A stretch of DNA of 64,000 bases, taken from Candidatus Falkowbacteria bacterium (GTDB lineage: Bacteria; Patescibacteriota; Patescibacteriia; JACRDY01). The stretch covers positions 11,529 to 75,528 of the forward strand of contig JACRDY010000059.1 in NCBI GenBank assembly GCA_016218485.1, read 5' to 3'. Below are positions 48,035 through 58,477 of the stretch, piece after piece. The notes under the pieces are model-generated. The model searched no databases and had not been told where the DNA came from. It was given only the letters and a program-made list of their open reading frames with translations. Positions within the stretch are counted from its first letter, which is position 1; the number at the start of each line of letters is the position of its first letter. The position numbers and the translations under genes were made by a program.

Positions 48035-48802
48035 ATGAGTTTAGACGATATCAAAAAGTTGAGAGAAACCACTGGCGCCGGCATGGTTGATTGTCAGAAG
48101 GCGCTGGATGAAGCGGGCGGAGACCTGACTGCCGCCGTGGATATTCTGCGCAAGAAAGGCCTGGAAAAAGCCGGCAAGAAAGCGGAGCGTGCGACGAGCG
48201 AAGGGATGATTGCCATGGCCCGAGAGGGGAAAAAAGTGGCGGTGGCTTCACTGCGTTGCGAGACTGATTTCGTGGCGCGCAACAGCGACTTTGGCGCGGC
48301 CGTGGCGGAGTTTGCCAGCCAGCTTTTGACAGTTTCTGCCGATGAGTTCAAAACCTGGGCCGAGGAAAAAATCAAGAACGAATTGATCGTAAAAATTGGT
48401 GAAAATCTCCAGCTGGGCGACTTCGGTGTGCTGGAAGGTGATGTTGTCGGCGTTTACCTCCATTCGGACAAGAAGCAGGCCGCGGTGGTGGTACTGTCCG
48501 GTGGTACGGCAGCACAGGCCAATGATCTGGCGATGCAGGTGGTGGCCATGTCTCCGAGTTATATCCGGCCGGAAGATGTGCCGGCCGAGGTTATTGCTAA
48601 AGAAAAGGAAATTTACGTTGAACAAATGGCTGGAGAGAATAAACCGGCCGAAGTTTTGCAGAAGATTATTGAAGGTAAACTGCAAAAGTTTTATATGGAG
48701 ACTTGTTTACTAAAGCAGCCGTTTATTAAAGATGACAGTCAGACTGTTGAGCAGTGCTTGGGCAACGCGACGGTGAATGAGTTTCAGCGGTATAGTATTT
48801 AG
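48035..48802 (+). CDS. tsf: elongation factor Ts
   Basis: 255 aa; N-terminal UBA-like LRETTGAGMVDCQKAL. Confidence 0.93.
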   Translation: MSLDDIKKLRETTGAGMVDCQKALDEAGGDLTAAVDILRKKGLEKAGKKAERATSEGMIAMAREGKKVAVASLRCETDFVARNSDFGAAVAEFASQLLTVSADEFKTWAEEKIKNELIVKIGENLQLGDFGVLEGDVVGVYLHSDKKQAAVVVLSGGTAAQANDLAMQVVAMSPSYIRPEDVPAEVIAKEKEIYVEQMAGENKPAEVLQKIIEGKLQKFYMETCLLKQPFIKDDSQTVEQCLGNATVNEFQRYSI

Positions 48803-48849
48803 TTTTGAGATAGTATTTAGGAAAGGCCTCGTTCGCGGGGCTTTTTTGT

Positions 48850-48950
48850 ATTCCTGGAGTGACACAGCCTCTGGCTGTGTTATGTTATTCAGTAGAGCTT
48901 TCAGCATAACACAGCCAGAGGCTGTGTCACTCCTACTGTGTCACTCCTAC
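48850..48950. repeat. Palindromic repeat gagtgacacagcctctggctgtgttatg ... cataacacagccagaggctgtgtcactc
   Basis: Variants at 56566-56650 and 60112-60190, between paralogs of the Cys-rich array. Confidence 0.8.
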
Positions 48951-49007
48951 TAGCTACGGGCATTCTTTTTATGCTATAATACGCTCATAACCCTTAACCT
49001 TTCCCCT

Positions 49008-50018
49008 ATGGTTCAAAAAGTCCGCGTCGCCATTAACGGTTTCGGTCGCATTGGCCGGGCGGCATTTAAAATTGCTTTAGACAACAAGAAAGTGGAGGTG
49101 GTGGCGATTAATGATCTGGTGGCGCCGTCGGTGCTGGCGTATCTTTTAAAATATGATTCAGTCTACAATACGTACGATAAGAAAGTGACCGCTGACAGTA
49201 AACACGTCATCGTCAATGGCAAGAAGTATCCGGTGTTTCAGGAGCGCGAGCCAAAGAGATTGCCCTGGAAAAAGTTGGGAGTGGATGTGGTTTTGGAGTG
49301 CACCGGATTTTTTCTGGACACGGCCGGGGCCGGACAGCACCTGCGGGCGGGCGCCAAAAAAGTGGTCATCTCCGCACCGGGCAAAGACGATGTGGCCAAC
49401 ACGCACGTCTTCGGCACTCTAGAGACGCAGAAGCATGTTAAGCACGGCCAAGTGGTTTCCAACGCTTCCTGCACCACCAATTGCATCAGCCCGGTGATGC
49501 AAGTCTTGGCCACCGTGTTTGGGATTGAGAAAGCGATGATGACGACCGCGCACGCCTATACCGCGAGCCAGGGGCTGGTTGATGAACCAAACAGCAAGGA
49601 TATGCGTGAAGGCCGCGCGGCGGCAATGAACCTAGTACCCACCCACACCGGCGCGGCGGAGGCGACCGCCAAAGTGGTCCCGGCGCTGCAGGGAAAATTC
49701 ACCGGTATTTCCATCCGCGTGCCCGTGATCTGCGGTTCGTTGTCTGACGTCACCTGTGTTTTGAAAAAAAATGTGACGGCAGAACAGGTCAATAATGCGT
49801 TTCGCCGCGCTGCCAAGCAGCCGCTGTTCAAAAATATTCTGGAAGTTTCCGACGCACCATTAGTTTCCAGTGACATCATTGGCAATCCGCATTCGGCGAT
49901 CGTGGACACGACCTTTACCCGCGTGGTTGACGGTAACTTAGTGAAGGTTTTGGCCTGGTATGATAACGAGTGGGGGTACGCGCACCGGTTGGTGGAGATG
50001 GCGGTGGCAGTAAGTTAG
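49008..50018 (+). CDS. gap: glyceraldehyde-3-phosphate dehydrogenase
   Basis: 336 aa; NGFGRIGR and ASCTTNC active-site motifs. Confidence 0.95.
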   Translation: MVQKVRVAINGFGRIGRAAFKIALDNKKVEVVAINDLVAPSVLAYLLKYDSVYNTYDKKVTADSKHVIVNGKKYPVFQEREPKRLPWKKLGVDVVLECTGFFLDTAGAGQHLRAGAKKVVISAPGKDDVANTHVFGTLETQKHVKHGQVVSNASCTTNCISPVMQVLATVFGIEKAMMTTAHAYTASQGLVDEPNSKDMREGRAAAMNLVPTHTGAAEATAKVVPALQGKFTGISIRVPVICGSLSDVTCVLKKNVTAEQVNNAFRRAAKQPLFKNILEVSDAPLVSSDIIGNPHSAIVDTTFTRVVDGNLVKVLAWYDNEWGYAHRLVEMAVAVS

Positions 50019-50019
50019 T

Positions 50020-50125
50020 AATCAGTAATCAGTAATCAGTAATCAGTAATCAGTAATCAGTAATCAGTAATCAGTAATCAGTAATCAGTAACTAGTTACT
50101 AGTTACTGATTACCAGTTACTTTAT
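50020..50125. repeat. Tandem heptamer array (agtaatc)x10 followed by inverted (agttact)x3
   Basis: Read directly. Confidence 0.9.
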
Positions 50126-50129
50126 AAAT

Positions 50130-51176
50130 ATGTTCTCAAAACAAGATCTCTCCCAATTTTTCCTCCTGTTGCTATTAGCAGCTTCTCTGTATTTGGTGTA
50201 CCTCTTTTTCAAGCCTTTCTTAATGGTGATTCTCCTGTCCGGCGTGCTGGTGTCTATTTTCTATAGTTGGTATGAGTGGGTGCTGCCGCGGTTGCAGGGT
50301 AAGCGGAGTTGGGCGGCGTTGATTATGGTGGTGGTCATCGCGGTCATTATTATTCTGCCAGTGACGTTGTTTATTTTTTACCTGTCCAAAAAATCACTGG
50401 AAGGCTTTAGCGCCATTACCGTTTGGATCAATAGCGGCGCGGCTGAACGGACGGTCAATCAGGGACTGTTGAGCCGGTTCAGTTTCATTGATGTTGAAGC
50501 GCTGAATCTTCGTCAGTATCTGGTCAGCGCCAGCTCGCGGATTTACAGCTTTCTCCTGTCTGGCGGCACCTCGCTCCTCAAAGGCACGACGCAGCTGTTC
50601 ACCAGTTTGATCTTGATGTTTTTCACCATGTTTTTCCTGTTCCGTGACGGTAAAACATTCATGCGTGAGGTGATGCACCTGACGCCGCTGCCCAATAAGT
50701 ATGACCGGAAGATTTTTCAGAAATTTCGCGATGTCAGCTACTCTACCATCACCAGTACCTTTGTAACCGCTATTGTCCAGGGTATTATTGGTTCAGTGGG
50801 TTTCATGATCGTCGGCATCCCGGCTTTTTTCGCCGGTGTCGCCATGGCGTTTTTGGCGCTGTTGCCGTATGTTGGCGCGACATTTGTTTGGCTGCCGGCG
50901 GGGTTGTATCTCCTCCTGACCGGCAAGATTTGGCAAGGCATATTTATTTTAATCTGGGGGTCGGTGGTGGTCAGTCTGGTAGATAATATTTTGCGGCCGA
51001 TGCTGATTAAGAATAAAGCCCAGATCCATCCGTTGATTATTTTCTTTGCGATCTTCGGCGGTATCCTTACCTTTGGCTTCTGGGGGATGATTCTCGGGCC
51101 GATCATTATTTCCATTGCGTTTACCATTCTCCATATTTATGAATTGGAGTACGCTGATGTATTGGAGGAGGAATAA
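50130..51176 (+). CDS. AI-2E family transporter (PerM/UPF0118)
   Basis: 348 aa; 8 TM helices; LIKNKAQIHPLIIFFAIFGG...GPII C-terminal family signature. Confidence 0.8.
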   Translation: MFSKQDLSQFFLLLLLAASLYLVYLFFKPFLMVILLSGVLVSIFYSWYEWVLPRLQGKRSWAALIMVVVIAVIIILPVTLFIFYLSKKSLEGFSAITVWINSGAAERTVNQGLLSRFSFIDVEALNLRQYLVSASSRIYSFLLSGGTSLLKGTTQLFTSLILMFFTMFFLFRDGKTFMREVMHLTPLPNKYDRKIFQKFRDVSYSTITSTFVTAIVQGIIGSVGFMIVGIPAFFAGVAMAFLALLPYVGATFVWLPAGLYLLLTGKIWQGIFILIWGSVVVSLVDNILRPMLIKNKAQIHPLIIFFAIFGGILTFGFWGMILGPIIISIAFTILHIYELEYADVLEEE

Positions 51177-51237
51177 ATCCAGCACCTTCCAGCATATCCC
51201 GTCAGCGTGCTGCGGGGTATGCTGGAAGGTGCTGGAT
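51177..51237. repeat. atccagcaccttccagcata... palindromic repeat (short form)
   Basis: Family copy. Confidence 0.8.
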
Positions 51238-51339
51238 AAAAATTAGAAATTGGAGAAAAACCCTTTGAAATAAAAGGTTTTTTATTTGCCAAAATAGGGG
51301 ATTCTGGTATAGTTGATGAGGGAGAAATTCAGTATTTCC

Positions 51340-51440
51340 TGCGTTTTAGTTATTGGAAAGAGATTTAGTATATCGTATGTCGTATATGGTATGTGGGGAA
51401 ATTCCCCCATATACCATATACCACATACTATATTCCCCCC
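51340..51440. repeat. gtatatg-heptamer-based palindrome directly upstream of paralog 1
   Basis: tcgtatgtcgtatatggtatgtgggg / ccccatataccatataccacatac. Confidence 0.6.
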
Positions 51441-51441
51441 T

Positions 51442-53091
51442 ATGCTCAACTGCAAGAATTGTAATCAACCTTTCACCATCTACCCCGAAGACCAGGAAAT
51501 GTACGATAAGTTTGCCGTACCCGCGCCGCGGCGTTGTCCGCGTTGCCGGCTGATTCAGCGGCTGATGTTCCGGAACGCTCGGGCCCTGTATTACCGGAAG
51601 TGCGACCGCAGCGGCGAGACCATTTTGTCCAGCTATAATCCGAGTCAGCCGTTCCCGGTGTACAAGCCGGATATTTGGTGGAGTGACCAATGGGAAGCCA
51701 TGGATTACGCCCGGGATTATGATTTTGGCAAACCATTTTTTGCCCAATTCAAAGAGCTGAATGACGTGGTACCGCACTTCAGCCTCTTCGTCAGTAATGG
51801 CACGGTGGTGAATTGCGACTTTACCAACTGTATTGGTTTTTCCAAGAATTGTTATTTGACGTTTGAGACTGACTACGCGGAGGACAGCTATTACTCCAAC
51901 CTCTTGAAACGGAGCAAGGACATGGTGGACTGTTCTATTTGCTATGATGATGAATTTTGCTACCAGTGCGTTGATTGCCAGGCGTCGTACGGCTTGCGCT
52001 ATTGTCAAAATTGCACCGGTTGCCGGGACAGCTATTTCCTGTTTGATTGTAAATCGTGTAATGACTGCATCGGCTGTATCAACCAGCGCTATCAGAAATT
52101 CATGATTTTTAACGAGCAGTACAGTGAAGCAGAATATAACCAGAAAAAAGCCGCGCTGCGGCTGGATACCCGCTCGGGCGTCGCGGCGCTCGCTTCGCAG
52201 TGCCAGCAGTTTTTCGGGAAGCACCCGCACAAAAATTTGCAGTTTGAAAAGAACGTCAATAGTGTCGGTAACTATTTGTATAACTCCAAAAACGCATTCC
52301 AGTGCTTCGACTGCAGCGACCTGGAAGACTGCCGCTACTGCGCTAAGCTGTCAATCGGCGTCAAGTCGTGCATGGATTACAACTCGTGGGGCGACCGGGC
52401 GGAGCTCGTCTACAGCTGTTCGGATGTCGGCGGCGGCGTGTATAACCTGAAATTTTGCTGGGCGATTGATACCAAGACCTCAGACTGTGAATACTGCACG
52501 CAGTGTATTGCCTGCAAGGACTGCTTTGGCTGCAGCGGACTGCAAAAGAAGCAGTACTGCATTTTGAATAAACAGTATTCGGAAAAAGAGTATTTCGCGT
52601 TGAAAGAAAAAATTATTGCCAAAATGACAGCCGATGGAGAGTATGGTGAATTTTTTCCGGCAGAGCTGTGTCCGTTTGCCTATAATGAAACCATCGTGAT
52701 GGATTATTTCCCCCTAACCAAAGATGAAGCGTTGAAAGCCGGCTATCGCTGGTATGACCGGGAAAAGTCCAAGCAGCCTGCTGAAACTGAGGCGCCGGAT
52801 GCGATTGGCGAGGTGGCGGACGCCATCATTGGTAAGGTATTAGCCTGCCGTGATTGCCAGTCAAATTATAAGATTATTAAACAAGAATTAGATTTTTGCC
52901 GTCGGGCGAGCGCGCCGATTCCTAGCCAGTGTCCGGACTGCCGACATTTTGGCCGAATGAACAAGCGGATGCCGCTGAGTTTGATCACGGTCAAATGCGA
53001 TAAATGCGGCAATGACATGACGACCGGATATACTGCCGGGGCGGTGCAGAAGGTGTATTGCGAGGAATGTTATCAGAAGGAAATTTACTAG
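51442..53091 (+). CDS. Cys-rich multi-zinc-ribbon repeat protein, paralog 1 of 6 (unassigned family)
   Basis: N-terminal CxxC...CPRCR ribbon; two internal Cys-rich blocks each ending in YC(I/M)(L/F)N(K/E)QYSE.EY; GEYGEFFP...PFAYNET; C-terminal ribbons ending YCEECYQKEIY. Confidence 0.8.
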   Translation: MLNCKNCNQPFTIYPEDQEMYDKFAVPAPRRCPRCRLIQRLMFRNARALYYRKCDRSGETILSSYNPSQPFPVYKPDIWWSDQWEAMDYARDYDFGKPFFAQFKELNDVVPHFSLFVSNGTVVNCDFTNCIGFSKNCYLTFETDYAEDSYYSNLLKRSKDMVDCSICYDDEFCYQCVDCQASYGLRYCQNCTGCRDSYFLFDCKSCNDCIGCINQRYQKFMIFNEQYSEAEYNQKKAALRLDTRSGVAALASQCQQFFGKHPHKNLQFEKNVNSVGNYLYNSKNAFQCFDCSDLEDCRYCAKLSIGVKSCMDYNSWGDRAELVYSCSDVGGGVYNLKFCWAIDTKTSDCEYCTQCIACKDCFGCSGLQKKQYCILNKQYSEKEYFALKEKIIAKMTADGEYGEFFPAELCPFAYNETIVMDYFPLTKDEALKAGYRWYDREKSKQPAETEAPDAIGEVADAIIGKVLACRDCQSNYKIIKQELDFCRRASAPIPSQCPDCRHFGRMNKRMPLSLITVKCDKCGNDMTTGYTAGAVQKVYCEECYQKEIY

Positions 53092-53154
53092 CGCACAGCA
53101 CAGAGCTTATAGCACAAAGCTATGCGCTCTGAGCTCTGTGCTTTGAGCTACTTT
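53092..53154. repeat. Inter-paralog palindromic spacer (gcacagcacaaagc...gctctgagctctgtgctttgagc); same at 54841-54903 and 58418-58477
   Basis: Three near-identical copies read directly. Confidence 0.8.
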
Positions 53155-54840
53155 ATGCCAACCTGTAAACAATGCAATCAACCTTTCATCCTTGGCCAGA
53201 TCGGCACAGATATTTTGCGGCGGCTGGATGTACCTGAACCGTCAGTGTGTGATGTTTGCGCCGTGCGCCAGCTGATGGCCTTTCGGAACGAGCGGACTTT
53301 TTATTCCAGCCAGTGTCAGAAGTGTTCGAAAACCATTCTATCGATGTATCCGCCAGACACCGCGCTGAGCGTCTACTGTCGCGACTGCTGGTGGGGAGAT
53401 ACTTGGGACGGCACGCAGTTTGGCCGAGTGTATCGTGGGCCGGAAACATTTTTCCAAGAGCTAGCTGAACTGCAGAAAGTCGTGCCTCGGGAAGGATTGG
53501 TTAACCTGAACAGTCCGGATTGCGATTACTGCAACCACGTCCGTGATTGCAAGTCCTGCTATATGTGTTCGCTCTTGTCTGATCAGTGTGAAGAATGTTA
53601 CTACTGCTACTGGATTGTCACGGTGAAGGATTCAGCGGCCTGTTACTATGGGCGCAATAACCAGCGCTGTTACTTCTGTGTCGCCACGATCCAGAGCTAT
53701 GGCTGCTCGTATGTATTGGAATGTGAAAATTGTTTAGACTGCCACTATAGCTTTGATCTGCGAGGCTGTAAGAATTGCATGTTCAGCAGCAACTTACGCA
53801 ATCAGCAGTATGTTTTTGAGAATCAACAGTTGACCAAGACTGAATACGAAACGCGGGCCGCGGCAGTCAATCGGGGGAGCTGGCAGCAGTCACGAGACTC
53901 TGTGCAACGCTGGCATCAGCTGATTGACCAGGCGGTGAAGGCGTACTCATACCAGAGTAAATGTGAAAATTCTACCGGGGATAATATCCAGAGCAGCGTG
54001 AACACCCAGCTCGCCTATAATAGTTTTGAAGATGAAAACGCCTATAACGCCGCGAGCGTGATTTGTGCTAAGAATATTTTTAACGGTTTTGCCGTGGGCA
54101 GCCAGCCGACCGAATGGGCGAGTAATATCGCCGTCGTGAAGGGCGGCACGCAGATCGTCAGCTGTTTCAACACCGCGTACTCCAGCGATATTTATTTTTG
54201 TGAGAATCTAATTTCCTGCATGGACTGCATCGGCTGTATTGGCCTGCACAAAAAGAAGTACTGCATTCTGAATACACAGTATGAGGAAGAGGAGTATAAA
54301 AAAATCAAAGCCGAGCTACTCGGGTATTTGCGTCAGAGCGGCGCGCTGTCGGAATTTTTCCCAAAGTCATTTTCGCCATTTGCCTACAATGAAACCGCGG
54401 CGCAGGATTTTTATCCTTTGACGAAAGAACAAGCCGTTCAGCTGGACTATACTTGGAAGGATGAATTACCCGGGACTTTTGGCCATGAGACGCTGCCAGC
54501 CGATGGCGTGCCCGATCGGATTGCCGAGGTGAATGATGACATCTTACGGCAGACTCTAGCCTGTATTCACTGCGGCCGGAATTTCAAATTAATTAAACAA
54601 GAGCTGACACTTTATCGGTCGCTCGGCGTGCCGATCCCGCGCGAATGTTTTAATTGTACGTTGCGTCAGCGGCTGGACTTGATGGGGGAGCGTGATTTAC
54701 GGGAGCGGCAGTGTGATTGTACGCGAGCAGAACATCAGCAGCATCAGGGTAAAACATGCCAAAATAAGTTTTTGACGAAATATACCGCGAAAGATAAGAA
54801 GGTGTACTGCGAGGAGTGTTATCAGAAGGAAATTTACTAA
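53155..54840 (+). CDS. Cys-rich multi-zinc-ribbon repeat protein, paralog 2
   Basis: Same architecture; true start MPTCKQCNQPF (the ORF-track start lies in the inter-paralog palindrome). Confidence 0.8.
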   Translation: MPTCKQCNQPFILGQIGTDILRRLDVPEPSVCDVCAVRQLMAFRNERTFYSSQCQKCSKTILSMYPPDTALSVYCRDCWWGDTWDGTQFGRVYRGPETFFQELAELQKVVPREGLVNLNSPDCDYCNHVRDCKSCYMCSLLSDQCEECYYCYWIVTVKDSAACYYGRNNQRCYFCVATIQSYGCSYVLECENCLDCHYSFDLRGCKNCMFSSNLRNQQYVFENQQLTKTEYETRAAAVNRGSWQQSRDSVQRWHQLIDQAVKAYSYQSKCENSTGDNIQSSVNTQLAYNSFEDENAYNAASVICAKNIFNGFAVGSQPTEWASNIAVVKGGTQIVSCFNTAYSSDIYFCENLISCMDCIGCIGLHKKKYCILNTQYEEEEYKKIKAELLGYLRQSGALSEFFPKSFSPFAYNETAAQDFYPLTKEQAVQLDYTWKDELPGTFGHETLPADGVPDRIAEVNDDILRQTLACIHCGRNFKLIKQELTLYRSLGVPIPRECFNCTLRQRLDLMGERDLRERQCDCTRAEHQQHQGKTCQNKFLTKYTAKDKKVYCEECYQKEIY

Positions 54841-54903
54841 CACACAGCACAAAGCGCAGAGCACAAAGCTATGCGCTCTGAGCTCTGTGCTTTGAGCTAC
54901 TGT

Positions 54904-56565
54904 ATGCCAACCTGTAAAAACTGCACCACCGACTTCACCATCACCGACGCAGACAAAACGTTCTACGCCAAGATTGACGTACCCGAGCCGACGCGCTGCC
55001 CGCAGTGCCGGAAACAGCGGCGTTTGAGCTTCCGCAATGAGTCAAATTTTTATTTAACCAAATGTCAGCGGTGTCATAAAGAAACGGTTTCGGTGTATTC
55101 ACCGAATAAACCTTTGGTGGTGTATTGTAAAGACTGCTGGTGGGGTGAGGACTGGAATCCGTTGGATTACGGCCAAGAGTTTGATTGGCAGAAAAGTTTT
55201 ACCGAGCAGTTTAGAGATCTGATGGCGGTGGTGCCGCGGCCGGCGCTCTTGCATTCCGAGAGCGTGAACTGCGATTATAGCATGTTTTCGGCCAATAATA
55301 AGGACTGCTACATGCTGGTACAGTCCAGTAACTGCGAAGAATGCCACTACTGCTACTGGGTGCAGAAATGCCGTAATTGTTTGGATTCGGCGTTTTGTTT
55401 GGACTGCGAGCTGTGCTATCAAGTTGTCGGCGGGGAAAAGTGTTATAACTGTTTTTATTGTAACAATTGTTCCGGTTGCTTGGACAGTCGGTTTCTGCTT
55501 AATTGTCGTGGCTGCAAAAATTGCTTTGGCTGCGTTAATCTCAATAACGCGCAATATTGCATTTTTAATGAACAGAAAACGAAAACCGAGTATGAAACAT
55601 TTATTCAATCAGTAGATTTTATTTCATACCGACACTACCGAGAGTACCAGGAAAAGTTTTATCAGTTTTCTTTACAGCACCCGCGTCGTTTCGCTGAAAT
55701 TTATCAGGCGGATAATTCTACGGGTAATTATCTCAAACGGGTTAAAAACGTCACCATGATTTTTGACGGTTATGATATTGAAGACTGTAGCTACGGTCAG
55801 CACGTCTTGCGTGAGGTGAAAGATGTGATGGATGTCAGTAATGCCGCTCGTAAAGCAGAATTAGTCTATGAAAGTGTTCAGGCGGTATTGAACGTGTATC
55901 AGATTCGTTTTAGTTTATTCCCGCGTCAAGGCGCTTCATTTTTGGATTACTGCGATCATTGCGTCGGGGCTAAGAATTGTTTCGGCTGCATCGCGGTGCG
56001 GAATCAAAAGTATTGCATTTTGAATAAACAGTATAGTGAAAAAGAATATACCGTTGTGGTGCCGAAAATTATTAATCACCTCAAACAAACAGGGAAGTGG
56101 GGAGAATTTTTTGATCCGAGTCTGTCGGCGTTTGGCTATAACGAAACGAACGCCATGGAATTTTTCCCGTTGACGAAAAAAGCGGCAATGACTCAAGGGT
56201 TTAACTGGGAGGATAACACCGGCGGTACTTTCGGCCAGGAAACAATCAAGTGGGCAAACATGCCGGATCGTTTCAGCGACTATGCGGGCGACTTGAGCCG
56301 AGAAGTGTTGACGTGCTCTGACTGCCGGCGGAATTATAAGTTGGTGGCCGTAGAACTGGATTTTTATAAAAAATATAGCTTACCCATTCCGCGGCAGTGC
56401 CCGAAGTGTCGCCACCGCGAGCGCATCACCAGCCGGAATCCGGAACAGCTGTATCACCGTGCCTGTATGAACGCAGGGTGTAAGAATGAATTTGAAACCA
56501 CGTATTCACCCGCCCGACCGGAAAAAGTTTATTGTGAAGCGTGTTACCAGAAAGAGATTTATTAG
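54904..56565 (+). CDS. Cys-rich multi-zinc-ribbon repeat protein, paralog 3
   Basis: Same architecture; 5' ~100 nt near-identical to paralogs 5 and 6. Confidence 0.8.
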   Translation: MPTCKNCTTDFTITDADKTFYAKIDVPEPTRCPQCRKQRRLSFRNESNFYLTKCQRCHKETVSVYSPNKPLVVYCKDCWWGEDWNPLDYGQEFDWQKSFTEQFRDLMAVVPRPALLHSESVNCDYSMFSANNKDCYMLVQSSNCEECHYCYWVQKCRNCLDSAFCLDCELCYQVVGGEKCYNCFYCNNCSGCLDSRFLLNCRGCKNCFGCVNLNNAQYCIFNEQKTKTEYETFIQSVDFISYRHYREYQEKFYQFSLQHPRRFAEIYQADNSTGNYLKRVKNVTMIFDGYDIEDCSYGQHVLREVKDVMDVSNAARKAELVYESVQAVLNVYQIRFSLFPRQGASFLDYCDHCVGAKNCFGCIAVRNQKYCILNKQYSEKEYTVVVPKIINHLKQTGKWGEFFDPSLSAFGYNETNAMEFFPLTKKAAMTQGFNWEDNTGGTFGQETIKWANMPDRFSDYAGDLSREVLTCSDCRRNYKLVAVELDFYKKYSLPIPRQCPKCRHRERITSRNPEQLYHRACMNAGCKNEFETTYSPARPEKVYCEACYQKEIY

Positions 56566-56650
56566 GAACGACACGCCCTCTGGGCGTGTTATGTTTGTTA
56601 CGCGCTCTGTAACCATAACACAGCCAGAGGCTGTGTCGTTCCCTTGGAGG
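56566..56650. repeat. Inter-paralog gacacgccctctgggcgtgttatg...cataacacagccagaggctgtgtc palindrome
   Basis: Same family as 48850-48950 and 60112-60190. Confidence 0.8.
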
Positions 56651-56695
56651 AACAATTTTTGACAAAATTTAAAATCCTGGCTATACTAAAGCATT

Positions 56696-58417
56696 ATGCC
56701 ATACTGCCGAAATTGCTCCCAAGCGTTTGACATTACGTTAAAAGAAAAAGATTTTTACGCTAAGATGGGCACCAAACAGCCGAGCCATTGTTTTGATTGC
56801 CGGATGCAGCGCAAGTACGCGTTCAGAAATGAGCGCAAAATTTATAACCGCCAGTGCAGCTTGTGTCAGCAACAGATTATCAGCTCTTACCCGGCGGACG
56901 CGCCTTTTCCGGTGTATTGTTTTGATTGTTGGTGGTCGGATCGGTGGGACGGTTTGAGCTACGGCCGGGATTTTGATTGGTCCCGTCCATTTTTTTCGCA
57001 ACTCTCTGAGCTGTCGCTCAAGGTCCCGCACCAAGCCCTGCCCAATCCGAATAATAACCAGAACAGCCCGTATGTTACGTGGGCCGATTGGAACAAAAAT
57101 TGTTATTTAGTCTTTTCTTCTTCAATGTGTGAAGATTGTTTGTACTCTGAAGTTTTGGTTGACGCTCGAGACTGTGTTGACTGCACGAATGTTAAAGAAT
57201 CGGAGAACTGTTATTTTTCTATCGATTTGCAGAAATGCTATAACGTCAAATTTAGCCGCAATGTAAAAGATTGCCTGGATTGTAATTTTTGTTTTGATTG
57301 CGCTGACTGCAAAAATTGTTTTTTGTCTTATAATCTGCGTCACGGAGAATACTATATCCGTAATGTTCAGTACTCGCCGGACGCGTATGTCCAGGCAGTC
57401 GAGCGGATTATGGCCAGCCGCAGCGAGCTCGTGCGGGCGTGGGATGAATTTATTAACATGATGCGCTCTGACGCCATCCACCAGTTCGCTCGTCAGGTGA
57501 AGTGTGAAGACGTGGAGGGTGATGAGCTGTATGCCTGCAAGCGCAGTTTCAATAGTTTTGATTCGCGCGAGATTCAGGATTGCTGCAATATTATTTACGG
57601 CGACAAGATTAACGACTGCGCTGATAGCTTCGCCATCGTTGACCACGCTGAAAAATGTTTGGAGGTCTTTAGTGTCAATGGCGGCTATCAAAATATGTAC
57701 GGCTATGGTTATTGGGGAAAATCCCAAAATAGCCGGTACAGCAATACCTGCGTTTCGTCCGTTGATTGTTTCGGCTGCATTGGTCTAAAACACCAGAAAT
57801 ATTGTATTCTGAACAAGCAGTATTTGGCGGCCGAATATCAAATCATGGTCAAAAAAGTTTTGGAACATATGCGGAAGTCTAATTATCCGACGTACGCTGG
57901 CCAGACGAGCGAGTGGGGTGAATTTTTCCCGGTGCAGCTTTCACCCTTTGCTTATAATGAAACAATGGCTCATGTTTATTATCCGCTTAAAAAAGAAGAA
58001 GTTTTAGCGCGCGGCTGGGGCTGGAGGGACGAAAATGATATACTCACTGGTAAAGAAACTATTCATGGGGAGGCATTGCCGGATGCTGCGGCATCAGTTC
58101 CCAAGGGCATGACTGACCAGGTGATCGGCTGCGCTGACTGTGGCCGGAATTACAAGCTGATCAAGCAGGAAATAGATTTCTACACCAAACATACTCTGCC
58201 GCTGCCCAAGATGTGTCCGGAGTGCCGCTTTCAGCAGCGGTTGGCCCTGCGTAATCCGCGTAAGCTGTGGCCGCGGCAGTGCACCTGTCTCCTGGGTCAC
58301 GCCAGCCATCAGGGTCAATCAGTCTGTCCGATTCATTTCAAGACCACCTACCGGCCGGCCGAAGGGGGAGAGGCGAAAGTGTATTGTGAGGAATGTTATC
58401 AGAAGGAAATTTACTAG
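56696..58417 (+). CDS. Cys-rich multi-zinc-ribbon repeat protein, paralog 4
   Basis: Same architecture (MPYCRNCSQAF... ...VYCEECYQKEIY). Confidence 0.8.
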   Translation: MPYCRNCSQAFDITLKEKDFYAKMGTKQPSHCFDCRMQRKYAFRNERKIYNRQCSLCQQQIISSYPADAPFPVYCFDCWWSDRWDGLSYGRDFDWSRPFFSQLSELSLKVPHQALPNPNNNQNSPYVTWADWNKNCYLVFSSSMCEDCLYSEVLVDARDCVDCTNVKESENCYFSIDLQKCYNVKFSRNVKDCLDCNFCFDCADCKNCFLSYNLRHGEYYIRNVQYSPDAYVQAVERIMASRSELVRAWDEFINMMRSDAIHQFARQVKCEDVEGDELYACKRSFNSFDSREIQDCCNIIYGDKINDCADSFAIVDHAEKCLEVFSVNGGYQNMYGYGYWGKSQNSRYSNTCVSSVDCFGCIGLKHQKYCILNKQYLAAEYQIMVKKVLEHMRKSNYPTYAGQTSEWGEFFPVQLSPFAYNETMAHVYYPLKKEEVLARGWGWRDENDILTGKETIHGEALPDAAASVPKGMTDQVIGCADCGRNYKLIKQEIDFYTKHTLPLPKMCPECRFQQRLALRNPRKLWPRQCTCLLGHASHQGQSVCPIHFKTTYRPAEGGEAKVYCEECYQKEIY

Positions 58418-58477
58418 TGCACAGCACAAAGCGCACAGCACAAAGCTATGCGCTCTGAGCTCTGTGCTTTGAGCTAT

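Noticed and set aside
50020-50125. Possible CRISPR array (regular short repeats)
   Set aside because: The units are contiguous 7-mers with no spacers. No cas genes are present and no 20-40-bp repeat/spacer periodicity is seen anywhere in the window.
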